Source: a virus
Strand: one strand, 5' to 3'
DNA length: 64,000 nt
Virus record (IMG/VR): IMGVR_UViG_3300034073_004654
Span: 1-64,000 of that record
In this document: positions 36,447 through 46,341 of the stretch, in pieces
Position numbering within the stretch: position 1 is the stretch's first letter
Layout: every line of letters starts with the position of its first letter
Translations under genes and position numbers: made by a program
Notes under the pieces: generated by a model
Databases searched by the model: none
Seen by the model: only the letters and a program-made list of their open reading frames with translations
What the model was told of the DNA's origin: nothing

Positions 36447-36875
36447 ATGTCAAATGATCGAGCAATTGTTTCTAAATCTTCCACTTATCCTTTGAGCAGG
36501 TTGAGTGCAGGTTTTGAGCCTGTTAATCAATTGCAAACTTTGCAAGAAGCAGAGAAGATGTTGGGAGTTGTGGCTCATGGCAAGTTACAAGTAATTGCCG
36601 AGCAGATTCGTTATTTGCAAGAACAAGCTAAGAAAATTATTATAGAAGCGGAGATTAATATGGAATTGCATCAAGCTAGTTGTGCTTTTGAAAAACGAGT
36701 AGGTCATATTTATCATTTATATAAGAGAGAATCTGGAGAAACATATTTTTCCATGTTGTCTGTAGAAGATTGGAATGGAAATCCTCCTCATGAATTTTTG
36801 GGTTCATATAAACTAGAGCCTGATATGTCATGGGTTAAGGCGGATTCTACTGATATTGTAGATTCTGAGCCTTGA
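36447..36875 (+). CDS. DUF2452-like protein
   Basis: YP.SR...GHIYHLY...FSMLS..DW...FLGSYKL..DMSW. Confidence 0.75.
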   Translation: MSNDRAIVSKSSTYPLSRLSAGFEPVNQLQTLQEAEKMLGVVAHGKLQVIAEQIRYLQEQAKKIIIEAEINMELHQASCAFEKRVGHIYHLYKRESGETYFSMLSVEDWNGNPPHEFLGSYKLEPDMSWVKADSTDIVDSEP

Positions 36876-37060
36876 AAATGAGACATTACATTATTTCCGA
36901 AGAAGAATTAAATAAGCTTCGTTCAGCAGCTAGAAGTTTGTTTAATTCTAATATTCCAATGTTTACTGGTCAGCCTGAAACCACCAGGGATCTTTCTTTT
37001 AAAATCAAAGAAGTTATCGAAGCTGTAAGAGAATTGAATTTAGAATCTGTCAAGGATTGA
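36872..37060 (+). CDS. Hypothetical protein
   Basis: Overlap with upstream stop. Confidence 0.55.
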   Translation: MKMRHYIISEEELNKLRSAARSLFNSNIPMFTGQPETTRDLSFKIKEVIEAVRELNLESVKD

Positions 37061-37090
37061 GTTGGTTTGAAACTTTCTAGCGTTAGAGCG

Positions 37091-37119
37091 TTGACAGGTT
37101 AACTTTCCGGCATTATGTT
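37091..37119 (+). promoter_or_regulatory. Sigma70-type promoter
   Basis: TTGACA-N17-TATGTT. Confidence 0.7.
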
Positions 37120-37323
37120 GAAGGGGAGTGAGGAGATTCATTTATGAAGTTCAAGGTTTGGATTGAAATTGAGGCAATTGACGAAGAAAATGATGTTTAT
37201 GAGACGGCATCTCCATTCCCTGTATGTTTAGGAGAGTTTGATTCCCTGGAAGATGCGGACAAGGCTATTGTTGATTTGACTGGGCAGACTACTTTGAAGT
37301 GACTTTAAAAAAAGGAAAACATT

Positions 37324-37593
37324 ATGAGTTTCAATATGTCTACTTTGGCTGAGATTGATGTTAGTTCTTTGGTGGATGAGCACGGCGAGGATTCTGATTT
37401 TTATCGTTGGCTGAATGATAATGCAACTTTTGAGCATGTAGATTCTTTTGAGTTTATTCATCATTTGTTTCCCGAGGAAACTGAGGAGTTCTTTGTGAAA
37501 GAGGAGCTTTATCCTGGAATTCCCGATACTCTGAGGGCTGATATTCTGGAAGCTCGTCGAAAGGGCGCTGTTAGGGTTTGTTTTTATTGCTGA
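37324..37593 (+). CDS. Hypothetical protein
   Basis: AAGGA SD. Confidence 0.7.
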   Translation: MSFNMSTLAEIDVSSLVDEHGEDSDFYRWLNDNATFEHVDSFEFIHHLFPEETEEFFVKEELYPGIPDTLRADILEARRKGAVRVCFYC

Positions 37594-37600
37594 GGTAATT

Positions 37601-38095
37601 ATGGTTTGGGTTCGTCAACATAAAGATTATAACGATAATAAGGTTCGAATTTCGGTTTTTGATACTGAAATTGCGGCAGCGAAACATGCTTGCGCTGAAA
37701 TTTTAGCTTTGCTTTCTAGCTTTGTTTTAACAGAGCAGCATCTTTTGCAAGAAGCTAGAGAGATTAATGATTTAATTGCTAAGGGTACAGTCCCAGATTA
37801 TCTTTCTGCTATTAAGAAGTGGAATAATGGACAGATTAATGATAGCGAATACCCTGAGTTTTGGAAGGTATATGAGCGTCAAATCAAAGATGAATCTCAA
37901 GCTGATAAGATTACTTTGCTGCCAGATGAATTTTTTGGAGAAACAGAAGAAGAAACTGTTATAGAAAATCATGTTGTTGCCTCTGGCGCAACGTGCAGAA
38001 AATGCAACAATCATAATGAATATGCTACCGCTGATAATGTAGATGGTACTTATCTTTGTCGAACTTGCAATATGTTTTTTAAAGTTTTCAGTTGA
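37601..38095 (+). CDS. Protein with C-terminal zinc ribbon shared with 60924..61415
   Basis: CRKC...YA..N..DG..LCRTC. Confidence 0.75.
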   Translation: MVWVRQHKDYNDNKVRISVFDTEIAAAKHACAEILALLSSFVLTEQHLLQEAREINDLIAKGTVPDYLSAIKKWNNGQINDSEYPEFWKVYERQIKDESQADKITLLPDEFFGETEEETVIENHVVASGATCRKCNNHNEYATADNVDGTYLCRTCNMFFKVFS

Positions 38096-38102
38096 GGTAA
38101 AT

Positions 38103-38291
38103 ATGATTCTTCCTAAGAACAAAATTCTTTCTTTTATGCGATCTCATTTGGGTGATGTTCGAGATAATCGAACAGGCGAGATTAATCATACTTTGCTGGC
38201 AGAGATGGCAGCAAATGAACTTAATTTGTATCTAAATGATAACTATGATATTCCCGAAGAAGTTTTTGAACTAGCAACCAAATTTAACTAA
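38103..38291 (+). CDS. Hypothetical protein
   Basis: GAGGT SD; TGEINHTLLAE. Confidence 0.65.
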   Translation: MILPKNKILSFMRSHLGDVRDNRTGEINHTLLAEMAANELNLYLNDNYDIPEEVFELATKFN

Positions 38292-38309
38292 TAAAACGCA
38301 ATATTAATT

Positions 38310-38726
38310 ATGAAAGCCTGGCTGTTAATAGTTACAATTGTATTATTCGGCGTCTCGGCTTTCTTTAGGAAACTGGCGGTTGATAAAATTAGCCCTTATC
38401 AATTGCAATTATTTTCCAGTTTGATTTACACGGCATTAATTCCATTTTGGGCATACTTAATTAAGTATGATGGAATACAAATAAGCTATGACACATCGGC
38501 GATAATATTTGGCATTGCCTGCGTATTAACAAATGTTGCTGGAGCAATTTTCTTTGGTAGATTATTACAATCTTCTAATAGTATTGGGAGTTTAACTGTT
38601 TTAATTGCTATTAATCCTATTGTAACATTTTTGTTGTCGATGATATTTTTGGGAGAAACTTTGACGATAAAAAAAGTTATTGCATGTGGATTGGCGGTAA
38701 TTAGTTTAATTGTATTTCACATTTAG
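38310..38726 (+). CDS. EamA/DMT-family membrane protein
   Basis: About five hydrophobic helices; NPIVTFLLSMIFLGE.L. Confidence 0.8.
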   Translation: MKAWLLIVTIVLFGVSAFFRKLAVDKISPYQLQLFSSLIYTALIPFWAYLIKYDGIQISYDTSAIIFGIACVLTNVAGAIFFGRLLQSSNSIGSLTVLIAINPIVTFLLSMIFLGETLTIKKVIACGLAVISLIVFHI

Positions 38727-38734
38727 AAAGAATT

Positions 38735-39028
38735 ATGGAAGTCACAAATTCAAAAGATGCAATGACAATGTTGTTGGTAGCCATGCGCCGTGAAACTGTT
38801 TTGGCTTATCAAGACATGGATGAATTTACTTATGATGATGCTAATTATTATTTAGCTACTTATGTTGAACATGTTAGGAAGGCTAGGAGTTATGGTATCA
38901 AGCTCAAAGATGTTAAGAACATGTATAATTATATTGATACCATGATGAAATCACGGACGGTGATGGCTGGAGATGATGCTTTGAAATTTTACTTTGCTAA
39001 TAAGCAGTCAACTTCTCAAATGAATTAA
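38735..39028 (+). CDS. Hypothetical protein
   Basis: ORF in operon. Confidence 0.65.
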   Translation: MEVTNSKDAMTMLLVAMRRETVLAYQDMDEFTYDDANYYLATYVEHVRKARSYGIKLKDVKNMYNYIDTMMKSRTVMAGDDALKFYFANKQSTSQMN

Positions 39029-39029
39029 A

Positions 39030-39506
39030 ATGCGATATCCTGTAATTAAGTGTGTTGGATGTGAGGGTTCTGGGTTAGCATATTTTCGTCAAAATTTTGA
39101 TGGAGATATTGTGGATGAAGAATATTGTTTAGAATGTTTGGGTACTGGTGAAATTGATTTAGAAGAAGATTTCATTAAAGATATTGAGCCTCTTGCATTA
39201 AAGCTGGCATTAATTGAATTAAGAGATTTAGAAAAAGAAATTAATTGTTTTCAACTAGATCGGTCTCAGGCTGATTTAGTTTTTTCTCATTATAAAGAAA
39301 TGTTTCATGTTAGAAAACAAGAAATTATTAATGAGATTTCTCAGCTAAGAGAAAGCCAAGAAGGCTGGGATAAAATTGATTTATTGCTTCATTGGAACGA
39401 GCAAGTTTATCTGGAGGATAGATTTGCTCCAATTTCCAATTCTGTTATAATTCCTGCGGAGATGCAGGTTTATGACGATTGGATTTTTGACGAAATTCCA
39501 TTTTAA
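39030..39506 (+). CDS. CxxCxGxG zinc-finger protein
   Basis: CVGCEGSG...CLECLGTG. Confidence 0.7.
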   Translation: MRYPVIKCVGCEGSGLAYFRQNFDGDIVDEEYCLECLGTGEIDLEEDFIKDIEPLALKLALIELRDLEKEINCFQLDRSQADLVFSHYKEMFHVRKQEIINEISQLRESQEGWDKIDLLLHWNEQVYLEDRFAPISNSVIIPAEMQVYDDWIFDEIPF

Positions 39507-39527
39507 TTAAAATATTCATATCTTAAT

Positions 39528-39569
39528 GTCAATGACCACCAGCACAAGGCTATCCTTGCCAAGAAGATC
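39528..39569 (-). mobile_element. 42-bp internally deleted remnant of the 11013-12260 IS element
   Basis: gtcaatgaccaccagcacaaggc + tatccttgccaagaagatc match its two ends; same ATGAAA flank. Confidence 0.88.
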
Positions 39570-39617
39570 ATGAAAAAATGATTAATGTTGTCATTCAATA
39601 ATTCCTTATCTTAATAT

Positions 39618-40913
39618 ATGTTTAGAAATAAATTTGATAAGATAGCTTTTTGCATAGATGAATTTGAAAAGATGGTGCGCCTTAATAAAGTCGCAGATTG
39701 GGCAGGCTTTGCGCCGACAGCCACAATTACTTCAATTTTAGCGGCTCCGGCAATGGCTCCAGCGGGACTTGCATTGGATTTGGTAGGGAAAGCCATGAAA
39801 AAAAATAAAACCCAAGCACCACCTACAATAAACGCTCCAGCATCACAACCATCGGAGATGGTCGAAGAACCTGGAGATGCCATTCCAGTTCCTTCTGCCT
39901 CAAAGGCAGAGCCTAAGAAAAAAGAGACTTCCGCAGAAAATAAAACAAAGACTCCTCCTAAAGATGAAGAAGAAGAAGAAGAATATGATGCTGATCTTAA
40001 TACCGAAAGCGATGATGAAATTCTAGCTGATAATGAAAACGAAACACCTGTTTCCAAACCAAGTGTAAGGGGCGGTGGAGGTTCTAAAAAAATCGATTCT
40101 AAATATCAAAAAATAATTAATTTTTATTTAGAAAAATGGCAACAAGACAAAATTGAAGAAGATGGTTTATGGGGACCAAAAACTCAAAAAGCCCTTGATT
40201 TTATCAGCTCTTTATACGAAAATAAATATAAATTCAAGTCATCTAGCGACTTGGGCAATTTAGAACAATTATACAATAATTTAGTAGAAAGCCTAGAGTC
40301 TGAAAAAACATCGCCTGCAAAGCCATCACCTGAAAAAACATCACCTCAAATGGGATTAATTGCATCTCATAAGACAATGCAAATAAAAACCGCATCAGAT
40401 CCAGGTCAAAAATTTTCTGCACAACTTATTAATATTCAAAAAGGACTTGGATTTTTAAAAGATCTCTTTGGCGAAGATGATAGCATTGGAGACTTGAAAA
40501 ATGAAATTATTGGCTTATGGCAAGATGCCCAACTTTCTTCTATACTTAAGAATTTAAGCAACAGATATGTTCCCATAAGAGAAAATCTTATTAAGCATAT
40601 TAATGGAAATTTATATTACTCAGAATTTGCTAACAATCCTAAGAATCCAATGGCTGCTGAAAACTATAAAACATATGTAAATGAAGTTTCTAATTTTATT
40701 AATTCTTTAGATAGAAACTTTGGAATTGCCTCATCTCAACAAATTATGGGACAAGTTGAACAAAGAGAATCTAGCCCGCAGCCAGCCTCTCAACCAACTT
40801 CACTTGATTCGCCAACAGTTCCAAAAGTCCAATCACCAAAAGTTTCACCATTTGTAAATAAAGACTCATTAATTTCAGCAGTAACTACTAAATACAATCC
40901 CGAAACCATTTAA
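39618..40913 (+). CDS. Leader-family protein with peptidoglycan-binding-like motif
   Basis: MFRNKFDKIAFCIDEFEKMVRLNKVA; hydrophobic segment; DGLWGPKTQKAL. Confidence 0.7.
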   Translation: MFRNKFDKIAFCIDEFEKMVRLNKVADWAGFAPTATITSILAAPAMAPAGLALDLVGKAMKKNKTQAPPTINAPASQPSEMVEEPGDAIPVPSASKAEPKKKETSAENKTKTPPKDEEEEEEYDADLNTESDDEILADNENETPVSKPSVRGGGGSKKIDSKYQKIINFYLEKWQQDKIEEDGLWGPKTQKALDFISSLYENKYKFKSSSDLGNLEQLYNNLVESLESEKTSPAKPSPEKTSPQMGLIASHKTMQIKTASDPGQKFSAQLINIQKGLGFLKDLFGEDDSIGDLKNEIIGLWQDAQLSSILKNLSNRYVPIRENLIKHINGNLYYSEFANNPKNPMAAENYKTYVNEVSNFINSLDRNFGIASSQQIMGQVEQRESSPQPASQPTSLDSPTVPKVQSPKVSPFVNKDSLISAVTTKYNPETI

Positions 40914-40980
40914 TCAAGCTGCTTAAATTATTTTTTTAATTATTTTAGATATCTTATTAACTATAAGATTATTTTTTAAT

Positions 40981-41343
40981 TCAGCCTTTGCCAGGCTTCT
41001 TGGCAGCTTTAGAAACTTCAATTCCTGGATAATGTTTCTTGACAGCTTTGGCAACTGCATTAACTAATGATTCAAGGGAGCCATTATACCATTCAGGAGC
41101 TTTGGAATATTGGTTAGCACGAGCTAAAGCATTTTGAGCTTGAGCTTTGTTGGTAATTGGAAAATGATCTTTGTCATCCTTGACTTTAGGATGCTCAGCA
41201 GGAAATACACATTTGCCCCGGCTTCTGACAGCGGCTTTTGGATCGTGTTTTTTCTCTTTCTTTTTGGCGGTTTTAATGTTTTCATAGACGACCGTCTCAA
41301 AAGCCTCTACTTCTAACAATAATTGATCGACTGAATTTTCCAT
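40981..41343 (-). CDS. Leader-family small basic protein (DUF6582-like motif)
   Basis: ...EAFETVVYENIKTA; HFPITNKAQAQNALAR. Confidence 0.7.
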   Translation of the reverse strand: MENSVDQLLLEVEAFETVVYENIKTAKKKEKKHDPKAAVRSRGKCVFPAEHPKVKDDKDHFPITNKAQAQNALARANQYSKAPEWYNGSLESLVNAVAKAVKKHYPGIEVSKAAKKPGKG

Positions 41344-41376
41344 ATTACCTCTTAATTAATAGGAGAATATTAATAT

Positions 41377-41625
41377 ATGTCAAAGATAGCTTTTTGGAAT
41401 TATAGAGTTATTAAAAGCATAGATGATTTTGGAGAATCAACTTTTGCTATTCATGAAGTTTACTATGAAGAGAATAATCAACCTATAGCTTGTTCTGAAA
41501 ATCCTATAGGTATAATTTCAGAAACATTAGACGGATTAACAAAACAATTTGACCTTTTTAAATTGGCTTTAGATAAACCAATTTTAGAAATGAATTATTT
41601 TGAAAACTTAGAAAAAAAACCATGA
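41377..41625 (+). CDS. Conserved hypothetical phage protein
   Basis: WNYRVI...IHEVYY; AGGAG SD. Confidence 0.75.
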   Translation: MSKIAFWNYRVIKSIDDFGESTFAIHEVYYEENNQPIACSENPIGIISETLDGLTKQFDLFKLALDKPILEMNYFENLEKKP

Positions 41626-41790
41626 CAAAAATCATTATCTCTAATGAGCAGCATAATCATCTTATCTCTCAAGGAATTAAAGATCTATTAAAGGAGTTAA
41701 CTGTTGAGGGTTTAAGCGATGAAGAAAGAAAACAGATTCTTAAAAAATATGAATGGATCAACAAATTGTTTGGTCATAGTTAATTTAAAT

Positions 41791-41815
41791 GGCTGCCTAA
41801 TTGGCAGCTTTTTTC
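41791..41815 (+). terminator. Intrinsic terminator
   Basis: gctgcc/ggcagc plus T run. Confidence 0.65.
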
Positions 41816-41846
41816 TTTAAATCATTGTTTTTTTAGATATACAGTT

Positions 41847-42080
41847 ATGTCTGATGCAAATGATAATTTCGAAAATAGTTCGGAAGATATTGTTCTTGAA
41901 CCCAAAGAACATGATTGGTATGATCCTGAGATTGTTTGGACTTCTACTTATAGTCCTGATTCCATTCGCATTTCAAATTATGCTTTAAGATTTGTTTGCA
42001 AAAATTGTTTAATAGAAGTTATCGGAGTAACTGGAAGCTCTGAATTAATTGAAAAATTAAACAAAAAATCTTGTATATAA
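41847..42080 (+). CDS. Hypothetical protein
   Basis: ORF track. Confidence 0.55.
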   Translation: MSDANDNFENSSEDIVLEPKEHDWYDPEIVWTSTYSPDSIRISNYALRFVCKNCLIEVIGVTGSSELIEKLNKKSCI

Positions 42081-42110
42081 CCGGGCTATATATTGGTATA
42101 ATTATCAACC

Positions 42111-42515
42111 ATGGAAAATAATTTTTTAAAAAACCTGTATGCCGCCATTGATGTTTATTATGGATATATTAAGATTGCCCAAGAAACGGGTGAAAAAATA
42201 GTTCCATTCGATCATTTAATGCAAATCGGTGAGCGTCTTGCAGGGATAAGGTCTTATCCTTATTTAAATTTAATTACAAGAATGGATAAAGAATATAATT
42301 ATATTAATCAATATAATCGCTTAAAAGAAAAATACAAAGATTTAGACGATAAAAATATAATTAATGTTGCATTTAAACTTTGGGTAGAATATTGTTTTGA
42401 AAATAACATAATATCCCAAGTAGAACAAGATGATCTTTTGAAATTGCTTGAGGATTTGAAAAAGCCAATTAGCGAATCTGAAGTTAAGGAATTATTTAGT
42501 AATGAGTTGACCTGA
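42111..42515 (+). CDS. Leader-family hypothetical protein
   Basis: MENNFLKNLYAAIDVYYGYIKIA. Confidence 0.7.
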   Translation: MENNFLKNLYAAIDVYYGYIKIAQETGEKIVPFDHLMQIGERLAGIRSYPYLNLITRMDKEYNYINQYNRLKEKYKDLDDKNIINVAFKLWVEYCFENNIISQVEQDDLLKLLEDLKKPISESEVKELFSNELT

Positions 42516-42535
42516 TTCTTTCTGTCGAGCCAGTG

Positions 42536-42564
42536 TTGACACCTCAAAGTGCCCGCCTTATAGT
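42536..42564 (+). promoter_or_regulatory. Sigma70-type promoter
   Basis: TTGACA-N17-TATAGT; TGTCGAGC upstream. Confidence 0.8.
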
Positions 42565-42613
42565 GTAGAGCGTAGGGGAACGGACCCCCTGTTTAGAGAG
42601 GATATTTTTTAAA

Positions 42614-43630
42614 ATGGCACATCAGCTTGTTGATTCGGTTAAGGTTCCTGGCAAGGTTCTCATGCTTTATCGGTCGTTTGAGGGTAATTCCCTTCCTTGG
42701 CATCGTCTTGGAAAGGGTGCCGAAAAGTGGACCACCGATGAAGTCAAGGATTTCCTTGAGGTGGAAACCGAGGTTAATGTCAAGGATCTTTATGCCGAGG
42801 ATTTCCGAGTCCCCGACCGTCGTGCGGTTTTTTGGGGCGAGCGTTATCTTGGCACCATTGGTCCCGATACCGTGATTCTCCAGAACAACGACTTCTTTGA
42901 GAATCTTCGTGGTTGGGAAACGAACGGTTACGAGATCGAAACTGCCGGTTATCTTCGCGCCGGTAGTCGTGCTTGGTTTCAAGTTAACATCCCTCACGAT
43001 AAGGATGAGTTTACTGTTCGTGATGGTGATCGTATTGCGCCTTATTTCTTTATGGCGCATAGTCACGATGGCTCTTTGAGCCTAGCAAGCGGCATGGTGC
43101 AAACCCGAATCGTTTGCAACAACACTCTTTCGGTGAGTCTTAAGGAGGAAGGTGTTAGCAAGCGTAAGCATACCGGAAATGTTATCATGAAGGCAAGCGA
43201 GATTAATCACGCTGCTCGTAAGGTTCTGGATGCTGCAAAGAAGCATGTTCAGCAATATCGTTATCTGGACAGTGTTGAAGTTCCTGATAAGGAGCAGGAT
43301 GTTCTTCGTTTTGCCGAGGCTTTTGCCAAGGATATGAAGGGCAAGGATCTGGAGGTTATTGTTAAGTCCAAGGTTTTGGAGCCTGGTCGTGTTCACGAGG
43401 ATATCGTGGCTCGCTTTATGGGCGGGATTGGTTCTGAGGCTAAGACTTGTTGGGATTTGTTCAACGCTGTAACTGAGCGTAATTCCCATTCTCTTGGGAA
43501 TGCGATGGCAGATGAATCGGACGGAGATCGCATTGCTCGCCGGTTCGATAACTCGATGTTTGGTGGACAGCGAGATATTGCTAAGGCTTTGCGAGTGGCT
43601 ACAGATATGGCAAAGCTCTGGGCTGCGTGA
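42614..43630 (+). CDS. DUF932 (phage/plasmid TIGR03299-like) protein
   Basis: PWHRLG, QN, ETAG.L..G, SHDGS, RIVCNNTL, WDLFNAVTE. Confidence 0.85.
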   Translation: MAHQLVDSVKVPGKVLMLYRSFEGNSLPWHRLGKGAEKWTTDEVKDFLEVETEVNVKDLYAEDFRVPDRRAVFWGERYLGTIGPDTVILQNNDFFENLRGWETNGYEIETAGYLRAGSRAWFQVNIPHDKDEFTVRDGDRIAPYFFMAHSHDGSLSLASGMVQTRIVCNNTLSVSLKEEGVSKRKHTGNVIMKASEINHAARKVLDAAKKHVQQYRYLDSVEVPDKEQDVLRFAEAFAKDMKGKDLEVIVKSKVLEPGRVHEDIVARFMGGIGSEAKTCWDLFNAVTERNSHSLGNAMADESDGDRIARRFDNSMFGGQRDIAKALRVATDMAKLWAA

Positions 43631-43708
43631 AAAAGAAAAATAATGGTTGCCTGATTCAATTATGGATCGGGCAACCATTATTTAACCTCCATCTAAAACA
43701 GGTAAACT

Positions 43709-43999
43709 ATGATTTTGTATTTGGTGGCGCAAGGCGAGAATCCTGATGGTACGGAAATTCCGTCTAATAATGGTGGAGTATCTGTTTATGGCTGGGTTCG
43801 TAATCCTGAGGTAATCAAAAAGATTTATGAGGTACTGCGTCAATCTGCGATGGAGGACGGTATTGGGGAAGTAAAGTCTGTGCCATTTACTGAAAGTGAT
43901 TTGGCATTCATGACTGAGAAGAAGGCAAAGATTAGAGCGCAATCAGAAAAGGAATCTGATAAAACGCTAGACTCTTTGTTTGACAAGATTTCGATGTGA
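43709..43999 (+). CDS. Hypothetical protein
   Basis: AGGT SD. Confidence 0.65.
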   Translation: MILYLVAQGENPDGTEIPSNNGGVSVYGWVRNPEVIKKIYEVLRQSAMEDGIGEVKSVPFTESDLAFMTEKKAKIRAQSEKESDKTLDSLFDKISM

Positions 44000-44000
44000 A

Positions 44001-44035
44001 GAAAAAGCCCGCAGGAAACTGCGGGCTTTTTCTTT
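44001..44035. terminator. Bidirectional intrinsic terminator
   Basis: gaaaaagcccgcag/ctgcgggctttttc. Confidence 0.85.
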
Positions 44036-44297
44036 TGGTAAGCTACATCTTCTGCATTATTAATAACAGGAGATGTTATGGAAATTTTCGAAGAAGATAC
44101 TGACAAAGATATTATTGAAGATAATATCATTCATGCTTTGCATTTAATTTTAAAAACAAAATGCAAATTCGAAGATCATGAAATTATTTCGGAGGAATTG
44201 GAGAAAGCGGAATTGGCTCTGGAAAATTTCTTGATTAAATTCTAATTTTAGAAAAACTAGGCTGGCTACTTTGGAAGATTCACTAATTGTGAGAAAT

Positions 44298-45665
44298 TTA
44301 AAATTCTCTGATTCGAGCTGGTGGCTTAACCGCAAGGGCTCTTGATGCTGCTTCTTCGAGATACTTTTTTAAATCTGGTTCAATATTTTTAAAAGAATTA
44401 CCTTGTATTGCTCTGCTCATTTGATTTAAAAATGTAACTCCAAATAAATCGGATCCAGCCAGTTCAATCATTTGATTGATGCTCATTTGTTCATTTGATT
44501 CAATATTTTTCTGCTCTATTTCCCTAGCCAAATTAATTATTGAAGATCCCAGCTTATTCATTTTAATGATCTCTGCGTAAATTTGGGAAATTTCTGATCT
44601 GGTTTTATTTTCCTTTATGATTTTCTCTTTAATGTTTTCTATTGAGTTTACTATTGATGATGAATGGCTCTTCATTTCTTGATATATTGTATCTTTAGGT
44701 CTATTTAACCCAGGAGCACCAGCTTCTCCTTTTACTAAATATTTTTGCATTAAGTCATTAATTACTCTGCTATTATCTCTGCGTTCGGTGGCGGCTGCGG
44801 GAGTGGAAGAATTAGAGGGTGCGGTGCTTTGAGCGGGTTTTGCCCCTCTATAATATTCTAAATATTGTTGTCTCCATTCTTTGGAACCAAAGTCAGCCTT
44901 GCTTAATCTGGCTATTTTAGCTAAATTATTATAAATAGTAGTCCCTACAGAAGAAAGTTGTTTGTTTGTAGTTTCTAAAAACGCTTTATAAAATGATGGT
45001 TTATCAGTTGGTGGGTTTGCAGAGCGATCATAAATTGATTTTAATAGCCTTGCTGCCATAAAGGCTGATTGCATATTATTAAATATTTGAGGGTTTATTT
45101 CTTTAAGATTTGAATTTCCATAGTTTGCCCACCAATTTTTTAATTGGACATAAACTTGCTTCCCATTTTCAGACCATGTTGGGTCAATTTTTCCTTTTGT
45201 AAAACTCAGCCCCGTAGTGGCTACATATTTAGCAGGCTCTAATAAAGAAGCTGCAATCTTGACTGCTGCCATTTTTGCTTTTTTAACATCCCCTGATTCT
45301 AATGCTTGTATTTGAGTTTCATTTTTTGGTGAAACTTTATTAGATGAAACTTTATTAGATGAAATTTCTTTAAATAGGTTAGGAAGATCTTTATCAGAAT
45401 AAAACTTTCCATTTGTAGGAATTGATTTAAAAGCATTGCTTTTTGTATCTCCTTTTACATACCAATATCCAGGATCTCCTAAAACCCAAAAATAATAGAT
45501 CTTATCTTTTATTAAGACCAAAGCCCCTCTGGTATTTCTTCCCGAAAATTCAAATCCAAAATCAGCCGCATATTGCCCAAGTAAAGACAAATTAACATCT
45601 TTTAGTGGTGTATCTGCTTGTTGAGCCCATTTTAATAATTTTTTCATTCTTAATGAATAAGCCAT
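44298..45665 (-). CDS. Leader-family large hypothetical protein
   Basis: MAYSLRMKKLLKWA; GAGGA SD; internal LAKIARLSKA. Confidence 0.75.
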   Translation of the reverse strand: MAYSLRMKKLLKWAQQADTPLKDVNLSLLGQYAADFGFEFSGRNTRGALVLIKDKIYYFWVLGDPGYWYVKGDTKSNAFKSIPTNGKFYSDKDLPNLFKEISSNKVSSNKVSPKNETQIQALESGDVKKAKMAAVKIAASLLEPAKYVATTGLSFTKGKIDPTWSENGKQVYVQLKNWWANYGNSNLKEINPQIFNNMQSAFMAARLLKSIYDRSANPPTDKPSFYKAFLETTNKQLSSVGTTIYNNLAKIARLSKADFGSKEWRQQYLEYYRGAKPAQSTAPSNSSTPAAATERRDNSRVINDLMQKYLVKGEAGAPGLNRPKDTIYQEMKSHSSSIVNSIENIKEKIIKENKTRSEISQIYAEIIKMNKLGSSIINLAREIEQKNIESNEQMSINQMIELAGSDLFGVTFLNQMSRAIQGNSFKNIEPDLKKYLEEAASRALAVKPPARIREF

Positions 45666-45695
45666 GTATATTCCTCAAAGGTGTTATTATTCAAT

Positions 45696-45729
45696 ATATC
45701 TTAATATTGCAGCAATATATATTAATATT
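45696..45729 (-). promoter_or_regulatory. Two tandem candidate late-promoter motifs
   Basis: AATAttaatATAT and AATAttaagATAT on minus strand. Confidence 0.55.
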
Positions 45730-45753
45730 GCAACAACTTTGTTCAATTAGCTC

Positions 45754-45781
45754 TTGACACTTAATTATACCGCGCTATAGT
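45754..45781 (+). promoter_or_regulatory. Sigma70-type promoter
   Basis: TTGACA-N16-TATAGT. Confidence 0.75.
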
Positions 45782-45896
45782 ATATCTGCCTAGCGTAAGA
45801 ATCTTTACGCTCAAGTAAAATCGTTGAACCAATTACAAATTCGTGTAAGTCAATTCAACATTATCAACAATATATAACAAATATTAAAGAGGTCAT

Positions 45897-46253
45897 ATGA
45901 CAACATCAACTCGTTCACGTTCAACTCGCTCGACAGATTCATCAGAATCAACAACATCACGTTCAACTCGAACAGAACCTGCTTCACGCTCAACTGCTCG
46001 TAAAACCGCTGCTAAAAAAACCACAAAACCTAAACCACCCAAAGATACCAAAAAACCCGTCAAACGTGCTTCTGGCACAGCCTCATCAGTGACGAAACGA
46101 GCTACTAAAAAAGTAGCTTCAAAGTCAGCTCCTAAAGTAGCTCGTAAGACCGCTTCAAAAAGCCAAGACAAGGGCAAAGATGGCAAAAAGGGCGGCAAGG
46201 GAACCAAGAGCAAAGGTAAGCGAACAGAAACAGTTACTTCAACTGTAAGCTGA
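45897..46253 (+). CDS. Histone-H1-like basic low-complexity protein
   Basis: K/R/S/T/A-rich; GAGGT SD. Confidence 0.75.
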   Translation: MTTSTRSRSTRSTDSSESTTSRSTRTEPASRSTARKTAAKKTTKPKPPKDTKKPVKRASGTASSVTKRATKKVASKSAPKVARKTASKSQDKGKDGKKGGKGTKSKGKRTETVTSTVS

Positions 46254-46341
46254 CTTTTTCCCTAATAATCATGCAGAGGAGAATAATTAAACTCGTTCAT
46301 TTGAAAAATAACTGGTGAAAATCCAGTCGCATGATATTTTT

